A DNA stretch of 64,000 bases from assembly GCA_016748015.1 (NCBI GenBank), contig JAAOMT010000597.1:124001-188000 (forward strand), read 5' to 3'. This DNA comes from Geosiphon pyriformis uo1. Taxonomy: Eukaryota; Fungi; Glomeromycota. The translations under genes were made by a program, and so were the position numbers. Every line of letters begins with the position of its first letter. Position 1 is the stretch's first letter. Below the pieces are notes generated by a model. That model worked only from the letters and a program-made list of their open reading frames with translations. It had not been told where the DNA came from and did no database searches. This document shows positions 11,906 to 27,400 of this stretch, piece after piece.

Positions 11906-13176
11906 ACATCAAAAACAACTGCCAAACACTTGTAAACACCTAAATAAGGAACTAGTATCAAATTACCATTTTCTATTACACCATTTCTAATTTTACTTGC
12001 TTAATCACAAACACCAAATTCACTACTTATCTGTTTCTCAAGACTAGAAAATTTTCAGTTATCTAAAAGTCCTACTCAACAACAAAAACCCATATCAATT
12101 AGCACCAATATTATTGATTACTTACAGAAAAACAAAAGTAATCATTTAGAGAACTTGAAAAGTAAAGAAACTAAATCAGAACAGGAAGAAATCACAGAAA
12201 ACAAAGAAAAAATGACAATTGCTTATATTGCAAAGATTTTAAAATTCACTGGTGAAGATAATAATACCAGTCCACAAAAATGGCTTGACAAAGTCCAGAA
12301 AGTAAAAGATACAAATGAATGAAATGCAGCAAGAATGCTTAAAGCAATCCCATACTTTTTCTAAGAAACAGCAGAAAAATGGTTTAAAAACTTGGATGCA
12401 CCTTTTGAAAACTGGCAAGCATTCAAAGATACTTTTTTACAACAATTTACTGACAATAATACATTTATTATCCTCCAAAATTGGTTCCAAAATATCAAAC
12501 AAGAACCAAGTAAATCAGTTATGACCTACCTAGAGAAGTTTAATAAACTTCTCAGAAGAATTTGTCAGTTGGAAACCAATGAATATTATTCTGATGCCCA
12601 AATCTTAGATCAATTCATTGCTGAATTAAAAATAAACTCATAAAAAAAGTGCATTCATATTCACCTGAAGATTTGGCCACTGCTATCTAATATGCAAAGA
12701 ATTATGAAATAGCTATAGAAAAAGCCAACTACACAAAACTTGTGAATCTTATTATTGGAGAAACCAGCTCAACATCTAAAGAGAAAATTGACCAACTCAC
12801 AAAAAAGGTTGAAAACTATTTTACCAACCAACAACAGCAACAAACACAAAGATATTAGTTATCACAATAACAAAACCAAAACAACTACTCATTATTATCA
12901 AACAGTCAAAACCAAAGTTGTCACTATTGTGGAATTTCAGAACATCAAAAACGAGACTGCAAAAAGCTACAAAGAGACCAACAAAACAGGAGTAATCAAC
13001 ATTACTCTTTAACACAGCAATCTTATTATTAGCCTCCACTACCAGTCTACTATTCTTCGAGATTCCAACAGCAAAACAATTACTATTAGTCTGCTTTACA
13101 ACAGCAATATCAACAACTTTTACCAATCCAATAGTATTAACAACTACCTACACAACAATATCAAATACCAGTCTGA
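11906..13176 (+). pseudogene. gag: Family A gag fragment bounded by family C LTR and family B LTR
   Basis: Colinear with ~893-2155 and ~57796-59066; capsid ATG at 12212; CCHC knuckle ~12919-12960. Confidence 0.87.
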
Positions 13177-14010
13177 TGTTACAAGTGATTATTTGGGGTC
13201 TTGAATTAAATAACAAACTCATAATTTGGTGCTTAATAACTAATATAATAGTTTTGATAATATCTGAAGGTTTTGGTCGAGTTTTTTATATAATAGACAG
13301 AGATTTAATAGTGTTTTAGTAGCCTTCTGGAATTGCAATTCTATCAAATTTTTTTCTCAGCATAGTGGCTGGTAATCTGGCAGAGATGCCTTTTTGGTAA
13401 GCTATCCTTAATTTATCAAATTTTTATACTCTTTCTTTGGGATCTTTTACCAAGTTATCTTTGACATTAATAACTCAGCACTTTACTCTTTAATCAATTA
13501 GTTAACAAAAAAAAATAAAAAAAATAAAATAAAAAAAAATAAAAAAAAAATAAAAAAATAAGCCAAGACAATAAATATTAATATTCTATCAATAGTCATG
13601 ATCAAGAGCTATTGTTCCAGTGTGTTTAAGTGTTAGATTTTATCAACATAAAGTGTTGATAAATGGAAGAATAGATTAAGATAGTTAATAATTATTTATT
13701 TGTAATTGTGAATTGAAAAGTAGCCTAGATAAAATCTAAACTAAGAGGTCTGTCTTTTCTATTTTTAATACTACCACTATATATATAATTGAAATTCTTT
13801 AATTCCTCGATTTTTCACATCAGGAATTCTGAAATTTCTTTGAGAGAAATCCTGAAATTTTGGAATTCTGTGATTCTTCATACAAGAATCCTAAAATTCT
13901 TAAAATCCTGCAATTCCTCTGAAAAGAATTCTGAAATTTTACCTTTATTATGACTACTTTTGATTGGCTAATTTATATGCTAATATATTTTCTATATTCT
14001 ACAAGTAATA
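13177..14010 (-). repeat. Family B LTR without adjacent PBS or PPT (solo/recombinant LTR)
   Basis: TGTTAC..GTAATA termini, homologous to 7362-8326; left flank is family A gag, right flank family B gag; flanking 5-mers TCTGA and GTACA differ. Confidence 0.82.
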
Positions 14011-15857
14011 GTACATAGGCCATCAATACTAGTAGTTGTTGTTATTGTTATGGTTGTGGTTGCTGTTGAAGTTGTTGCTAAAGTGGTGGTTGTAGCTGTT
14101 GTTGTTGCTGTTCAGCAATTGGTGCAACTGATGGTAGATTGATCACAATTACTGAAGATAAGTTTTAAGAAACAATAGGAGCAGAGTTTAGATTGTTTTG
14201 ATTTTACTAAGTTAGAATAATTGGGTTTTGAATTTCTGGATTTTCTAAGATTGGATTTTAATAATTAAATTTTTGATCTTCATTTTTCTTTTTTCTTAAG
14301 TCAGTTATTTTTCAAAGACTAGTGGCTCTGAAATTAAGTTGAGGTGGTAGTGATCGAAATCCTGATGGTGTTGGTAATCACAATTTAAATTCTTCAAAGT
14401 AATTATTGTAAGTTTCCAATAAATTGGCTTTTTCTTAGTTGCTTTGGAATGTTATTTTTACTCATAGTATTTTCATGGTTGATGTGGATATACTTGCTAA
14501 TATTATGTTGATTGTACTTCCTAATATATGATAATATGATAGGTGAATGGAAGAAACTACTTTTGGTTTCTTCCAAGTAGGTAGTTGTATTCTTTTTGGT
14601 ATTCCTGCTGGTGTTTGTAGTTTTTTTTTATCTGCAAAGATAATAAAAAATCTTTGTTGTGTGTAATTTCCAATTTCTCTATTTATTTTTGTAATTGTTG
14701 GTGCAAACAAATGGTTTGAGGACATTGTAATGCTTTGGAATAATTCACTGTTGAAATTGTTAAGAGCAGTTTTTAAATCTTCTTTGGCTTCTAAGTATGA
14801 TTTGATTTTTTTATTGACATATAAATTGAAAGCTGATTCTATTGGCCAATAATTACTTGTTAATCTGAGATGATTTTTATAATGCTAAAATAAGAATTTT
14901 ATAAATTCTAAATGGTTTTTTCCTATACTTTCTTGGTCTGTCACTTTTCTGAATGATGGTTGTTAATGCTAGTTTTTTGTTGGATTATATCTTACAGGGA
15001 GCACCAAATATTATAGGTAATTATTTGGAGTCTAAAAACAAATAACAAATCTGTAACTTGATACTTAATAAGTAATCTAATAGTTAATATCTCAAGATTT
15101 TGATTAAGTTTTTTATATAATGAACAGAGATTTAATGTTGAGATTTTGTTGTAATGTTTCTAGTTTCTTTTCCAACCTGAAAGTTGGTATGTGTTGTTGT
15201 CTGTAGCTTCTCAGAATATATATTCTGTTAATTTCTTTCTTAAGTTAATAACTAGTTTTTTAGTAAGCTATCTCTCAATTTCGAGTGTCTACCCTTATTC
15301 TTGGGTCTTTTACCAGTCATATTTCTGACATCAATAACTCAGTACTTTAATCTTTAATCAATTAGTAAATAAAAAAATAAAAAAAAATAAAAAAAAATAA
15401 AAATAAAAAGATAAGCCAAGACAAAAAAGAGTTAATATCCTGTCAATAACTGTAATCAAAAGCTATTGGTCTAGTATAGTTAAGTATTGTCAACTATTAA
15501 CATGAATTGTTAATAGTAAAAAAATAGATTATAATATTTAATAAGTATTTTATTGATATTTTCTGTTTTTACTTCAAGTTATAAAATACTATCATATAAA
15601 GAAATAGGTTTGGAATTGAAACTAAAAGTTCTAAAACTAATGATTTTGTCTTTTTTTGCTTCTAATACTACCACTATATATACATAAATTCCATAATTTT
15701 CTTAGCCAGGAATCCTGCAATTTCTTTTATGAGAATTTTGTAATTCTGGAATCCTACAATTCTTCTGAAAGAAATTTTGGAATTTCATTTTTACTATATC
15801 TATTTTGATTGGCTAATTTATGTACTAATATATAATTCCTATATTTTATAAGTAACA
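14011..15857 (-). mobile_element. Second family B copy: 5' LTR (15009-15857), PBS, 5' part of gag
   Basis: Minus-strand PBS TTTGGTGCTCCCTGTAAG; gag from GTG 14944 homologous to 6280-7302; truncated just after the capsid ATG (~14023). Confidence 0.85.
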
Positions 15858-16105
15858 ATATAACAGCTTAAAATAAATCTCCCAGGTATTGTAATTTTAC
15901 TCATTCTAGAATGTTACTTCTTAATCTTTTTACAAACTGATTAAGAATTTGAAAGACTGTGTAATAGTTGTTGTTTTTTTTATTAAAGTTTAATAAACAA
16001 GGCCCAACTACTATCTAATACAATATAATTATATAGGGTTTTAAATTAAATATGGCTTATGTACTTTTTACATATAACCAGTTATTCAAGCCAGTTTAGG
16101 CTATA

Positions 16106-17290
16106 CTATGTTAATGTACCCAAAGAAAACTTATTCAAAGATGACATTTTTTGAATAACAAAAAACAAAATAGCACTGCAAAAAACCAATCTAACCAGCC
16201 ATTCAGTTGTCTTTAAGATATTAGCTTTAATATTAATAGATTTATGTTTCCAAAAAGACATCAAGTTAGAAAACATCTCATTATCCAAACCAACTGAATG
16301 CTCTAAATTACCAAATATATTAATATCTTCTATATAGCACTTTTTTTTAAAAAAAATCACTTCTCTCTCCAACTTACCAACAACTTTACTAAAAGAACTC
16401 ATATGTACCATAATTTTATTGACTTTAAGGCCAAGTTTACTACTTGAGACCAAATCTCTATTAATAAATTGTTCAAACAATTTAACCAAAAAACCAACTG
16501 ACTTAACAATAGATTTAACCAAAACAGAAAGCTTAACCAAATCAAACTCCAAAGAAGCCAACTGAAAAAACACCAAGGAATTATTAACAATTATAAAAGG
16601 AGAAGTAAAAGCTGCCAAGAAAGAAAACAGAAGAATCTAAAGAAGCAAAAGTCTTTACATAAAAAACACTACTCACAAAATGTGGTTTAAACATCTTGGG
16701 AGCCTTGAAAAAGGGAGGTAAAAATACTTTACAGTTTATAGCCAAATGGCTCACTTCTTAATACCTAAAACAGTGTTAACAACCAGAAGTTTCCCACTAA
16801 ATACAGTACTTTCTTAGGATACTAGTTTTAACAACCACAGAATCTAAATCAACTTGAGAACCAAACATAACCAGAGCAAACTGAAAACAATATTCAGAAT
16901 CAGGTGAATGAAAAATAAAACAAGTCCAGCCACCAACTTAAGAGATCATATTACTAATTTTAAAGACAGTACAACCAAAAGGAAGGTTGACTAACTTGAC
17001 TTTGAACTAATCACAAATAAAATTGTCTCATTTTGATTGACAAAAAAAAAAAATTCAAACACTATTTTTGTTTACCAAAATTAATCAATAAGTGAAAGCA
17101 GATATAGCAGTATTTAATTCTTTAAAATAAACAATCATATATTGCCAAATACCAGGAGGCTTTAGCACAACATAAAAAACTTTACCAAAAATACCAAAAG
17201 CTAACTTAATATTGGCAGCAGACATATTCAAAGACATATTATACAGTCTAATAGTAGCAAGAGAAAAACCAGACTCATTCATGCTTTTAT
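16106..17290 (-). pseudogene. Degenerate non-LTR retrotransposon (LINE) ORF1-like: RRM-type segments plus CCHC knuckle
   Basis: IRLYNMSLNMSAANIKLAFGIFGKV..YMIVYF is RRM-like; at ~16735-16780 the minus frame reads C-F-R-Y-*-E-V-S-H-L-A-I-N-C, a decayed Cx2Cx4Hx4C. Confidence 0.6.
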
Positions 17291-17904
17291 TGATATGTTA
17301 GATGTTTTCACTATTGTTTTTTCTTAATAGAAAAATAATGATGGAAAAAAAAATAGTGGCTTTTTTCAGTTGTTTATAAGAAACTAAATTATAAAAGTAA
17401 AAAATTTCTAATTCTATTGATTTCAGTATTAGTAGATATTATAATACAAAGCTTAAAAAATATTATTTAGCTTTTTTTGGAATTTATAATCTAATTTTTT
17501 TATCTTTTTTTTATTTTTATTTTATCTAATTGACTTTTTATTTTTTATTATTCTCTTTTTTTGTTTTTTTTTTTTAATTAAAAAGCTATTATATATTTAC
17601 ATGTTTTGAGTTATATATAATTGTGTCTATTTTAACTGATTAATAAGTAATTATTAAGCTATTGGGCTTTCTGTTTAACTGTAAGTGTTTCTTGATTTAC
17701 TTGTTTATAATTATGTTAAATTGGGTATATTTGTACATGTTTTCTATATTATTATGTGCACATTATGTTTTTTTAATTTTATTTATTGATTTGTGTTATT
17801 TATACTATTATTTAATAATTAGTTAATATATTATAATATTATTACTTTTGATTTTTTTTGTTAATTTCTATTGAATAATATTAGTTTAATATCTAAATTC
17901 TTAT

Positions 17905-18560
17905 ATGTATTCTGAATTTATCAGCAAAATTTCAGTTGTTCTTTACAAATATTTGATAAAAACAATCTATAAAAAACTATTGACTATAATAATAAAAAAA
18001 CTTTACAACAAAAATTACCTAGATGTGTTATGTCTGTTCTATAATAATGTTGAAATGTCTAATTATGTCTGTATTTGTTTGAAAAATATCTTAATGTATT
18101 TTGGAATTTTGTTAAATTATATTGAATTGTAAAAGTTTTTGGTAAAATCTTGTTTTTTATTGTCATTTTCAATACTATATACTTTTTTTTTGGAAATATT
18201 AGATATGAATATTTATGAAATTTTATGTAAAAAGTTTGTTTTTAAGAACTAAATTAATAAAACAGCTTTGATATTTGAAGATAAAAAAAGAACAGCACTA
18301 ATAATAACTGATTTTGTTTGCTATCTGGCTAAAAAACATTATAATAAGTTGTAGAATTTTAAGTTGAAATACAGAATTAATATAAAGAAATATGGATTAG
18401 TTAGTAATATAAGAGTTCTATCTAAAATACACAGTGACATGTCTGGTTTTTTGTCAGTAAAAATGGCTTATTTGCTTGATATTATCGAGTTTTTTGCAGT
18501 TAGTTTTGGTTTGCACAAAACATATTTGTTTTTTTTAGGTTTGAATAATAAAAAAAAAAA
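17905..18560 (+). pseudogene. Highly degenerate 3' end of LINE ORF2 (C-terminal zinc-binding region) with A-rich tail
   Basis: KKLYNKNYLDVLCLFYNNVEMSNYVCIC fits a decayed Cx2Cx7-8Hx3C LINE motif; A-run at 18549-18560. Confidence 0.5.
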
Positions 18561-19057
18561 CAAATATAATTGATAAATTTTAAAAGTAAAAATATACTTA
18601 AATTATACTATTTTGTAATTGTAATTAAATAAATAATTATTTTTACTTATAAATATAAATTTTCAACCTATTTTTTGAAACCATAATTTAAATATGACAA
18701 AAGTTTTTTGGTTAATAATTATGCTATAATATACAAAAAAAACAATTTATTTATTAATTTATTTTTTCATATTTTAATTTTATTACTCTTATCAAAATAA
18801 TTTTTTATAATAAAATACTATAAAAACACTTTATACAACACGACTTTGCTGATTTAGTAATTATACATATTTTTCGTGGTTGACAACACATTGTTTTCTG
18901 GAAAAACTTAATTTCCTCTATTTAAATTCTAATATTTATTTTCTTTGTTTCTAAAAATTAAATTAATTGGTCAGATCTGCAGATTCCCAAATATCTATAG
19001 GCTACAAAGCTCAAAAAGTCGAAGTTCCCCAATTTTAACTATCTTAACTTAATCATT

Positions 19058-20513
<1,456 letters not shown>

Positions 20514-21322
20514 GTATAAATTTTAGAGATGAACCCCTAATCTGGCTGAAAATTTATCACCCGGGTAATTTACCAATTGTCATACAATACCTAATTGGCG
20601 CATGTAATAGTTAAGTGATCCAAGATCACAACTCGGAAATTACTGGAAAGACGGGGCTTCCGTTTAAACATATTAAGTGTAACTTAATCAAAATTTAATG
20701 CTTTGAGGACGTTTAGAATTAGATTTTCAAAAGCCGAAAATATTTCAACAGCAGCAAAAATTTCCGGCGTGATTTGATATTTAATTCACATGAAAAGAAA
20801 TTAATAAATTTTATCTTATCAACTTTTTTGTCCCAAACACTATGCTCAAATTTAAGAAATAAATTTCCGTGTATAATTGTTTTTAAAATAATGAAGCCTA
20901 CAATAATTAGTATTAAGGTTTGCGGGGATTCTGATATTTTCCAGTTTATAATATTGGCGTTTGAACTCGGTCATTAATAACGGGTTTTAACTTTCGAATG
21001 TAAGATTCATATTGCTTTGCTTGATCCTAATGTTCAAGAGCTTCAGTGGAATTGGTCTTCAATAAACAGGAAGAATGGAAATGGGAGCCTCCATCAAAAA
21101 ACTCATTGTATACGAACTCGACGAAACGACATTAAATAATATAGTTACAGAAAAATTATGCAAGAAAAATAGAAGTCCTAATGATAGTTTACATACCTGA
21201 TCCTCAACTTCAGCCGTCGTGTTTGCGAGTCAAACAGATATAGTCAATATCGGAACAAAAGAAGTGGTCACGCAATCAAGACAGACAAGCAGGCATACAA
21301 AAAACCTATAGAATGAAAAAAT

Positions 21323-22730
21323 CTACAAAATTTGGCCAATTTCAACTTTGAGCCCATCATATGCTGGTCTAATCCATAAATCCGGCTCTTCTTCTTGAAG
21401 TTCACACATTTCTCGTTCTAAGTCATAATGTTCGACTCTATGCGAGAAACCGATTAAATATGTCCGCTTTGGTCGGGGAAATAAAATTCGTGCCGTATCA
21501 ACAGCTTGATTCACCGAAAAGTGTGAGATGTGCTTTTTACCTTTTAAAATCATAAATATTTTTTAGAAATTAATGTAATTATTGGAAAGAAGGATATAAC
21601 TTACGACTCAAAGAATCCAATATTAAAATTTTGCTTCCATGCATTTTTTCTTTGGTTTCTTCGGGTATAAAACTACAATCAGAAACATAAGTTATATCAT
21701 CGAATCGAAAACCATGGCTGATATATGGATCTTTGCTGGGAAAATAAACTCCATGATGTACTAACAGTCATATCAATTTACTTGGTTAGAAAACCTTGAG
21801 AATTGGCGGCAAAAAGCTGTTTTGTTACCTGGTAATGGGATAAACTGCAGACCTTCTACAATAAAAGGATCAAGGGTATCAATTTCATGAAACCGAAAGG
21901 AGGGAATGTCCCCACCACCTAAAATCTTGCCATTTATTACAAGTTTGAATAACAAAAAAAGGTACGAAGCACGATCAAGGTTACCTGTAGCTTTAGATTC
22001 ATCAATAATATAAGGGAACGTTTTTTCGATGTGATTTTTGGTAATTTTGGTCAAGTATATGGGAATATATTCTTGGATAACCTTTTGCAAAGTCCATGCT
22101 CGGAGGTCATCAAGTCCATTTATGGCATCTGCGTGAGGATGGGTGAGTATGAGAGCGTCAATTTGTCGCAAGTTGTGATGAGGAAACCATTTGAGAGCAG
22201 AAACTTCGGAAAGAAGATTAATACGAATAAATTAGTTGTTTGATGATTTATGGCAATTTAACGACTTTTTTCTCCACCATAAAACGTCTTGCCACAATCT
22301 ATGACGATGTTTCTGAATAAAATGAAAAAAATAAATATAATATGAAAACACTCTTAAGTCCTTTCAATTGAGTTGTTAAACCGACGAAAGGAACAAAATG
22401 TCAAAGTAGCGTGAAAAACTAAATGAGTTGGACTTGAGCAACTACTCTAAAAAATAATTGAAAATCTCACCTCAGTCTTCCATCAGGGTTTTCAACTCGG
22501 ATTAGTAAGCTGGTGTTCCTTCTAAGGTTCACCTGGCCTTTCTCAGTACGCGTGGACAGGCAAGTTCTACAACCTTCTTTAGGGTCTGTTAGACACGAAA
22601 CTGTTGGAATTCCAGAAGAAGTCCCTTTAAGAAAAAAGATAAATCTTTGTTAATTTCTTCGGAGAGGCCCACAGATACACCACTCACCTGTTCCGAGAAA
22701 GATGATTTCTTTAACGCGGTGTAAATTCAT
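21323..22730 (-). CDS. Metallo-beta-lactamase-fold hydrolase, PhnP-like (multi-exon)
   Basis: IIFLGTG|TSSGIP..C..C, RRNTS, IVIDCGKTF, LTHPHADAINGLDDLR, SHF, SH, PAYDGL. Confidence 0.9.
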
Positions 22731-22848
22731 GTTCAGATTTTCGGAAATTGGAAATTTGGGATCATATTATAGATCTATGCGTATGTACAACGTAGTTCTA
22801 TAATAAGTAATGTTTTGATGGTTGTGGGGCATAATTCGAACTCTAACA

Positions 22849-24066
22849 ATGTCAACCTCTAGCAGTTCGCGAAGAATATCTCTAGCTCCATCTATTATCA
22901 CCCTTTTAACTATTTTCTCCTTTTCCGCAGGAGCTGTTTATTTCACACTTAAAACACTTTTACCAGAAGAAGGGTATTTAGAAAAAGTCGATTCGCCGAA
23001 AAAGACTGCTTAAAATCTTTAGTGGTAGACTTGAAACTGACTTAACTTATTAAAAACGTTAGTAGGCAGGATCTGGCATTTCCGAAAACATTTCAAGATG
23101 TAAAAAAACTTTACACAGCTTTAGCCCGGAAAGATTCTCCAGATGACTTTAGAACTGTAATTTGTTATGTCCTTACTTATATTTTGTAAGAGCAGCATCC
23201 CGTCACGGTAGTTTGTGTGCTTATGTCGCAACCACATCCGTGTTTTTTTTGAACAATTACATTAAATTCAATAGGATGTTAATTTATACTTGGCTTTCAA
23301 AATAATAAAGCTTACAGTCGTTTGCAATACCTGGGAGTGTAATGCTTAGTGTTTTAGGGGGAATGTTATGGGGAAGTTTAAGAGCTCTTGTTCTTATCAG
23401 TTTTGTGAGTACCTTGGTTTTAATTTTAAATCTCAATTTATTTAGAAAATAAATTTCTTTGACATTTCTTTTTCTAGTGCGCTGCTACAGGGGCCACAAT
23501 TTGTTATTTTCTCTCTTCTATTCTCGGGCAAGCATTCATTAAAAGATACCTTTCGCATCGAATGGAAATTTGGAATAAACAGGTATTTACTCTCATCATT
23601 TTAATTACATATCAAATACTAAATGCTCCCTAATTTACTTTCATTTCCAGCTAGCAGAAGAAAAGAAAAATTTATTTTCGTATATTATATTCTTAAGGGT
23701 AACACCATTCTTTCCGAATTGGTTCGTAAATATCGCATCACCACATTTGGAGGTCGGGGTGAATGTATTTTATTGGGGAACTTTTTTTGGTAATGCTTGA
23801 TTAAAAAATTCTTGATACGAAAAGTTTTGACGGAACTTTTATAAATTTAATTAAAGTTATTTTGTATTTTAAATATGAAAGGGGTGGCACCGCTTTCTTT
23901 TATTCATGTCCAAGCCGGTGAGACCCTGCAGCGTCTTTCAGCAACAGATGAAATTTCTTTTTTTACAATACCCAATGTTGTATCTATGGCATTGATTTCA
24001 ATTGCCGCTTTGATTCCCATCTCTATTCGCCGCAAGTATACTAAGGAATTGAATAAAGTTGAGTAA
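22849..24066 (+). CDS. TMEM41: TMEM41/VTT-domain (DedA superfamily) membrane protein (6 exons)
   Basis: YIFLQSFAIPGSVMLSVLGG, CAATGATICY, YIIFLRVTPFFPNWFVNIASPHL. Confidence 0.9.
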
Positions 24067-24419
24067 AATGTATATTATTGATTTCACCGAGGCAATAATA
24101 ACTTCAAATTAAAAATTAGAGTTACTAGTAATCTATCAGATAATTTTTGCTTCCATGTACAAAATTACCGTTTCGGAATGGTTACGTTAGCCACCATGCA
24201 AAATTTTGAAGAGTCAACGTTAAATTACAACTTCATTTGTTGGCATGATAATGATGCTTATGTTTGAAAATCTTGATTGGTTTTCGATTAAATAAATGTT
24301 TAAACTGTTAAATTGCAAAATGATCATCAGTAACAATCTTCACACCACCAGACCTTAAATAGTACGTGTCAAGAGCATTGAACATAAAGAAAAAGTGCAC
24401 GTACTAACGCTAAAGTGTT

Positions 24420-27400
24420 ATGAGTATCTTACAAGGAGCACTAGAAAGACTCTTAGCAGAGGCAAAAGTTACGCGACAAAAGGAGCTCCAAAATATTTGT
24501 ACTTCTAATCTGGAAAGGCTTTACCGAGAAATAGAGTTAAAAACAAATGAAATAGCTCAAAAGAGATTGGATAATGCTGCGCAACTAAAAAGCCTCACAA
24601 GTGTTAGCGTTCCTTTAGCAGCCACAGTTGAAGAGAAAGAAGTACAAAAGAAGGAAAGGGAAAAATCAGATGTTCTAAAAGAACAAGTTGAAACTTTTGG
24701 AAAAGAAAAAGCTCTTGAACAGAAGCCTGATAATTCATCAAACGATTCCCTTGTGATTGTCTCGGTGCGTACTCCTGAACCGGAATCACCAAAGCCTTCC
24801 CGCACATCGACATCGAGCACTTTATTTATCCGTCCCGGTGAAGACTTGCCTAGAATCATGATGGATGATTACTGGCAACCATTCAGAGTCGCATGCAATA
24901 ACTCTATGCCATTTCAGGTTCGCGTCGCAGCGTTAGACTCTTTGCAGAAACTAATCGCGCATGGCTTATTGAAAGGATCAAATCCAATAGCTCATCCAAA
25001 GAATGCACAGCTCAAGAAAGATCGTCGTTCTGGTGACTCATCCAATAAATCTTCCAGCTTTAGTGAAAATAACGACTTGAACTCTCTTGACTTAACATCT
25101 TTTGAGAGTGAATCCGCTACTATTGAGGGTATTCCAAATGCTACGCCTAGTAGTTATCCAAATCCCGCGCGTCTTATTGATGATGTGGTTCATATTATAT
25201 GTGTAGGTTACGTTGGTCCCCATTTGGATCAAACTGTTCAATTACAAATATTAAAAGTTCTCCTCACTCTAGTCACCTCAGAGACTTGCCAAGTTCATGG
25301 AATCAGTTTACTCAAGGTCATTCAGACCACGTGTAACATATATTGTTTTTCTAAAAATTCAATTCACCAGGCGACCGCCAAAGGGGAATTAACTCAAATG
25401 GCTAATTTAATAGTATCCCGTTGTGAAGATTATGCCATTGATATGACAAATTATGAATCACAAAAACGTAAGACAATAACAATAGGAAATCAGGAGGAAA
25501 GCAATGCCAGTAAGGGAGAAATCATCATGACAGAAGCTGAATTAAATAATGGTAGTCTAGAAGAGATTGAAGAAAAACAAGTGGATTCTGTCGAATTTCA
25601 TAACAAAGAATTGACTAGTGATACCACACTTGAATGGCAAGATGTTGTAGAATCGCCTTTAGCTGGTAACGAACAGTTCCAAGATCCTAATTTTGAAGAT
25701 ACCGAAGATAAGACTGAATCTTCATTTAATACATATTTTTGCAAATCAGACGAACCACAATTTCATCCATCTATTGCCTCTTCTGAAAAATCATCAGAAC
25801 TCGAGGAGAATTCATTTGTCCAAAATGAACTAAGCCAATTACATGATGAAAACAGGATTAACCGTTTCGAATCTCCAAATGCTAAAGATGTAGCTCCCTC
25901 GTCGAGTAAAAATTTAGAAAATATATCCAAAGAAAAGATTAAATCCACGTTGAAAGTGGGAGAGAGCTCAAGAGTTTTGTCCGATACAGATTTGTCGAAA
26001 GAGTATTTTGGTGTTGAGGATGAACTGCCATCCGAAACACCGACGGTTGATCAAAGGGAACTTGAAGGAGATAATCAAGAATCCCAAAGAAAAATATCAT
26101 TAATTCCTAAAACCGACCTTACTATAACAATTCCTTCCATTGGGACGAAACTGAAAACTCAAAAAAAGATTGAAACTCCTAATCCTGCAATTCCGACTCG
26201 CCATCGGTTTAACACCTTAAGAAAAGATTTATATTTGACTTTTCGGCTTTTTTGTCGACTTTCCATGCGAATAGAAACAGGCACTAATCCGCAAACTGAA
26301 GAAATTAGTATTCGTGGTCGAGCATTAGTTTTAGAGTTGATTTTATCTATGTTAGATAATTCTGGACCAGTATTTCGTGGTGAAGAAATTTATATTAATT
26401 TAATGCGTCAGGCACTTTGTGTTTCATTGTCACAAAATGGGGTCTCCTCAAACGAACAATTATTTGAGTTATCCTTATCGATATTTTTTCTTTTGTTGCG
26501 GTATTATGCTGCACCGTTAAAATCAGAATTGGAGGTACTTTTTAATGAGATTTATCTCCGGTTCTTGGATATGTCAAATGCATCTTATAAGCAAAAGCAA
26601 ATGGTTCTTCAAGGCTTAATGAAACTCTGTGCAAATCCTCAGACACTTGTCGATATTTACCTAAATTATGACTGTGATTTGTCGATGGCCAGTGTTTTCG
26701 AACGCATAGTGAATGCTTTATCAAGGGTGGCTCAAGGTCGTTCAAAGAATACAGGGGGTTCTGCAATGGGAAGTTTAATTGGGGCACATGCATCTGGATT
26801 ATTGCTGGAGAATCGCGCTGATTTAGCTGCTTTACAAGAAAAGAGATTAAAAGTAAGGGGACTGAAATGTCTGGTTATCATTGTAAAATCATTGGTCGAA
26901 TGGTGCAAGGATCTTGATGGCAATACATCTGTGGGTGCTAATGGGTCAAATGCGCAAGTTCATCGAGAAAAGTTAATTCCTGAAATCGCCGAAGATAAAT
27001 TACCAGTGATATTCTCCAAAAATCCGTTACTCAACGTATCCATAAAAGGTTTCTCATTATTACACGCAAATTCTAGTAACGTTAGCGTTGGTACTAATGA
27101 ATCTGAAGATCATCCAGCTCAGTTTCAAGAAATAACGTCACGAAAGCAGACTTTGCAAGCTGGAATTCGTCTCTTCAACACTAAACCGCAAAAAGGTCTC
27201 GAATTTTTAATTAACAATAGTTTGTGCAAAAACAACACAAATGATATTGTTAATTTCCTTGCAACAACCCCCGGACTGAACAAAGCAGCCATAGGGGAAT
27301 ATTTGGGTGAGGGTGATCCGGATGTCATAAAAGTCATGCATGCATTTGTTGATAGTATGAATTTCACAGGTCTCGGGTTTGTGGACGCTTTGCGAACATT

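Noticed and set aside
13177-15857. Single small two-LTR element
   Set aside because: No PPT before the putative 3' LTR, no TSD, and the two LTRs are clearly divergent.
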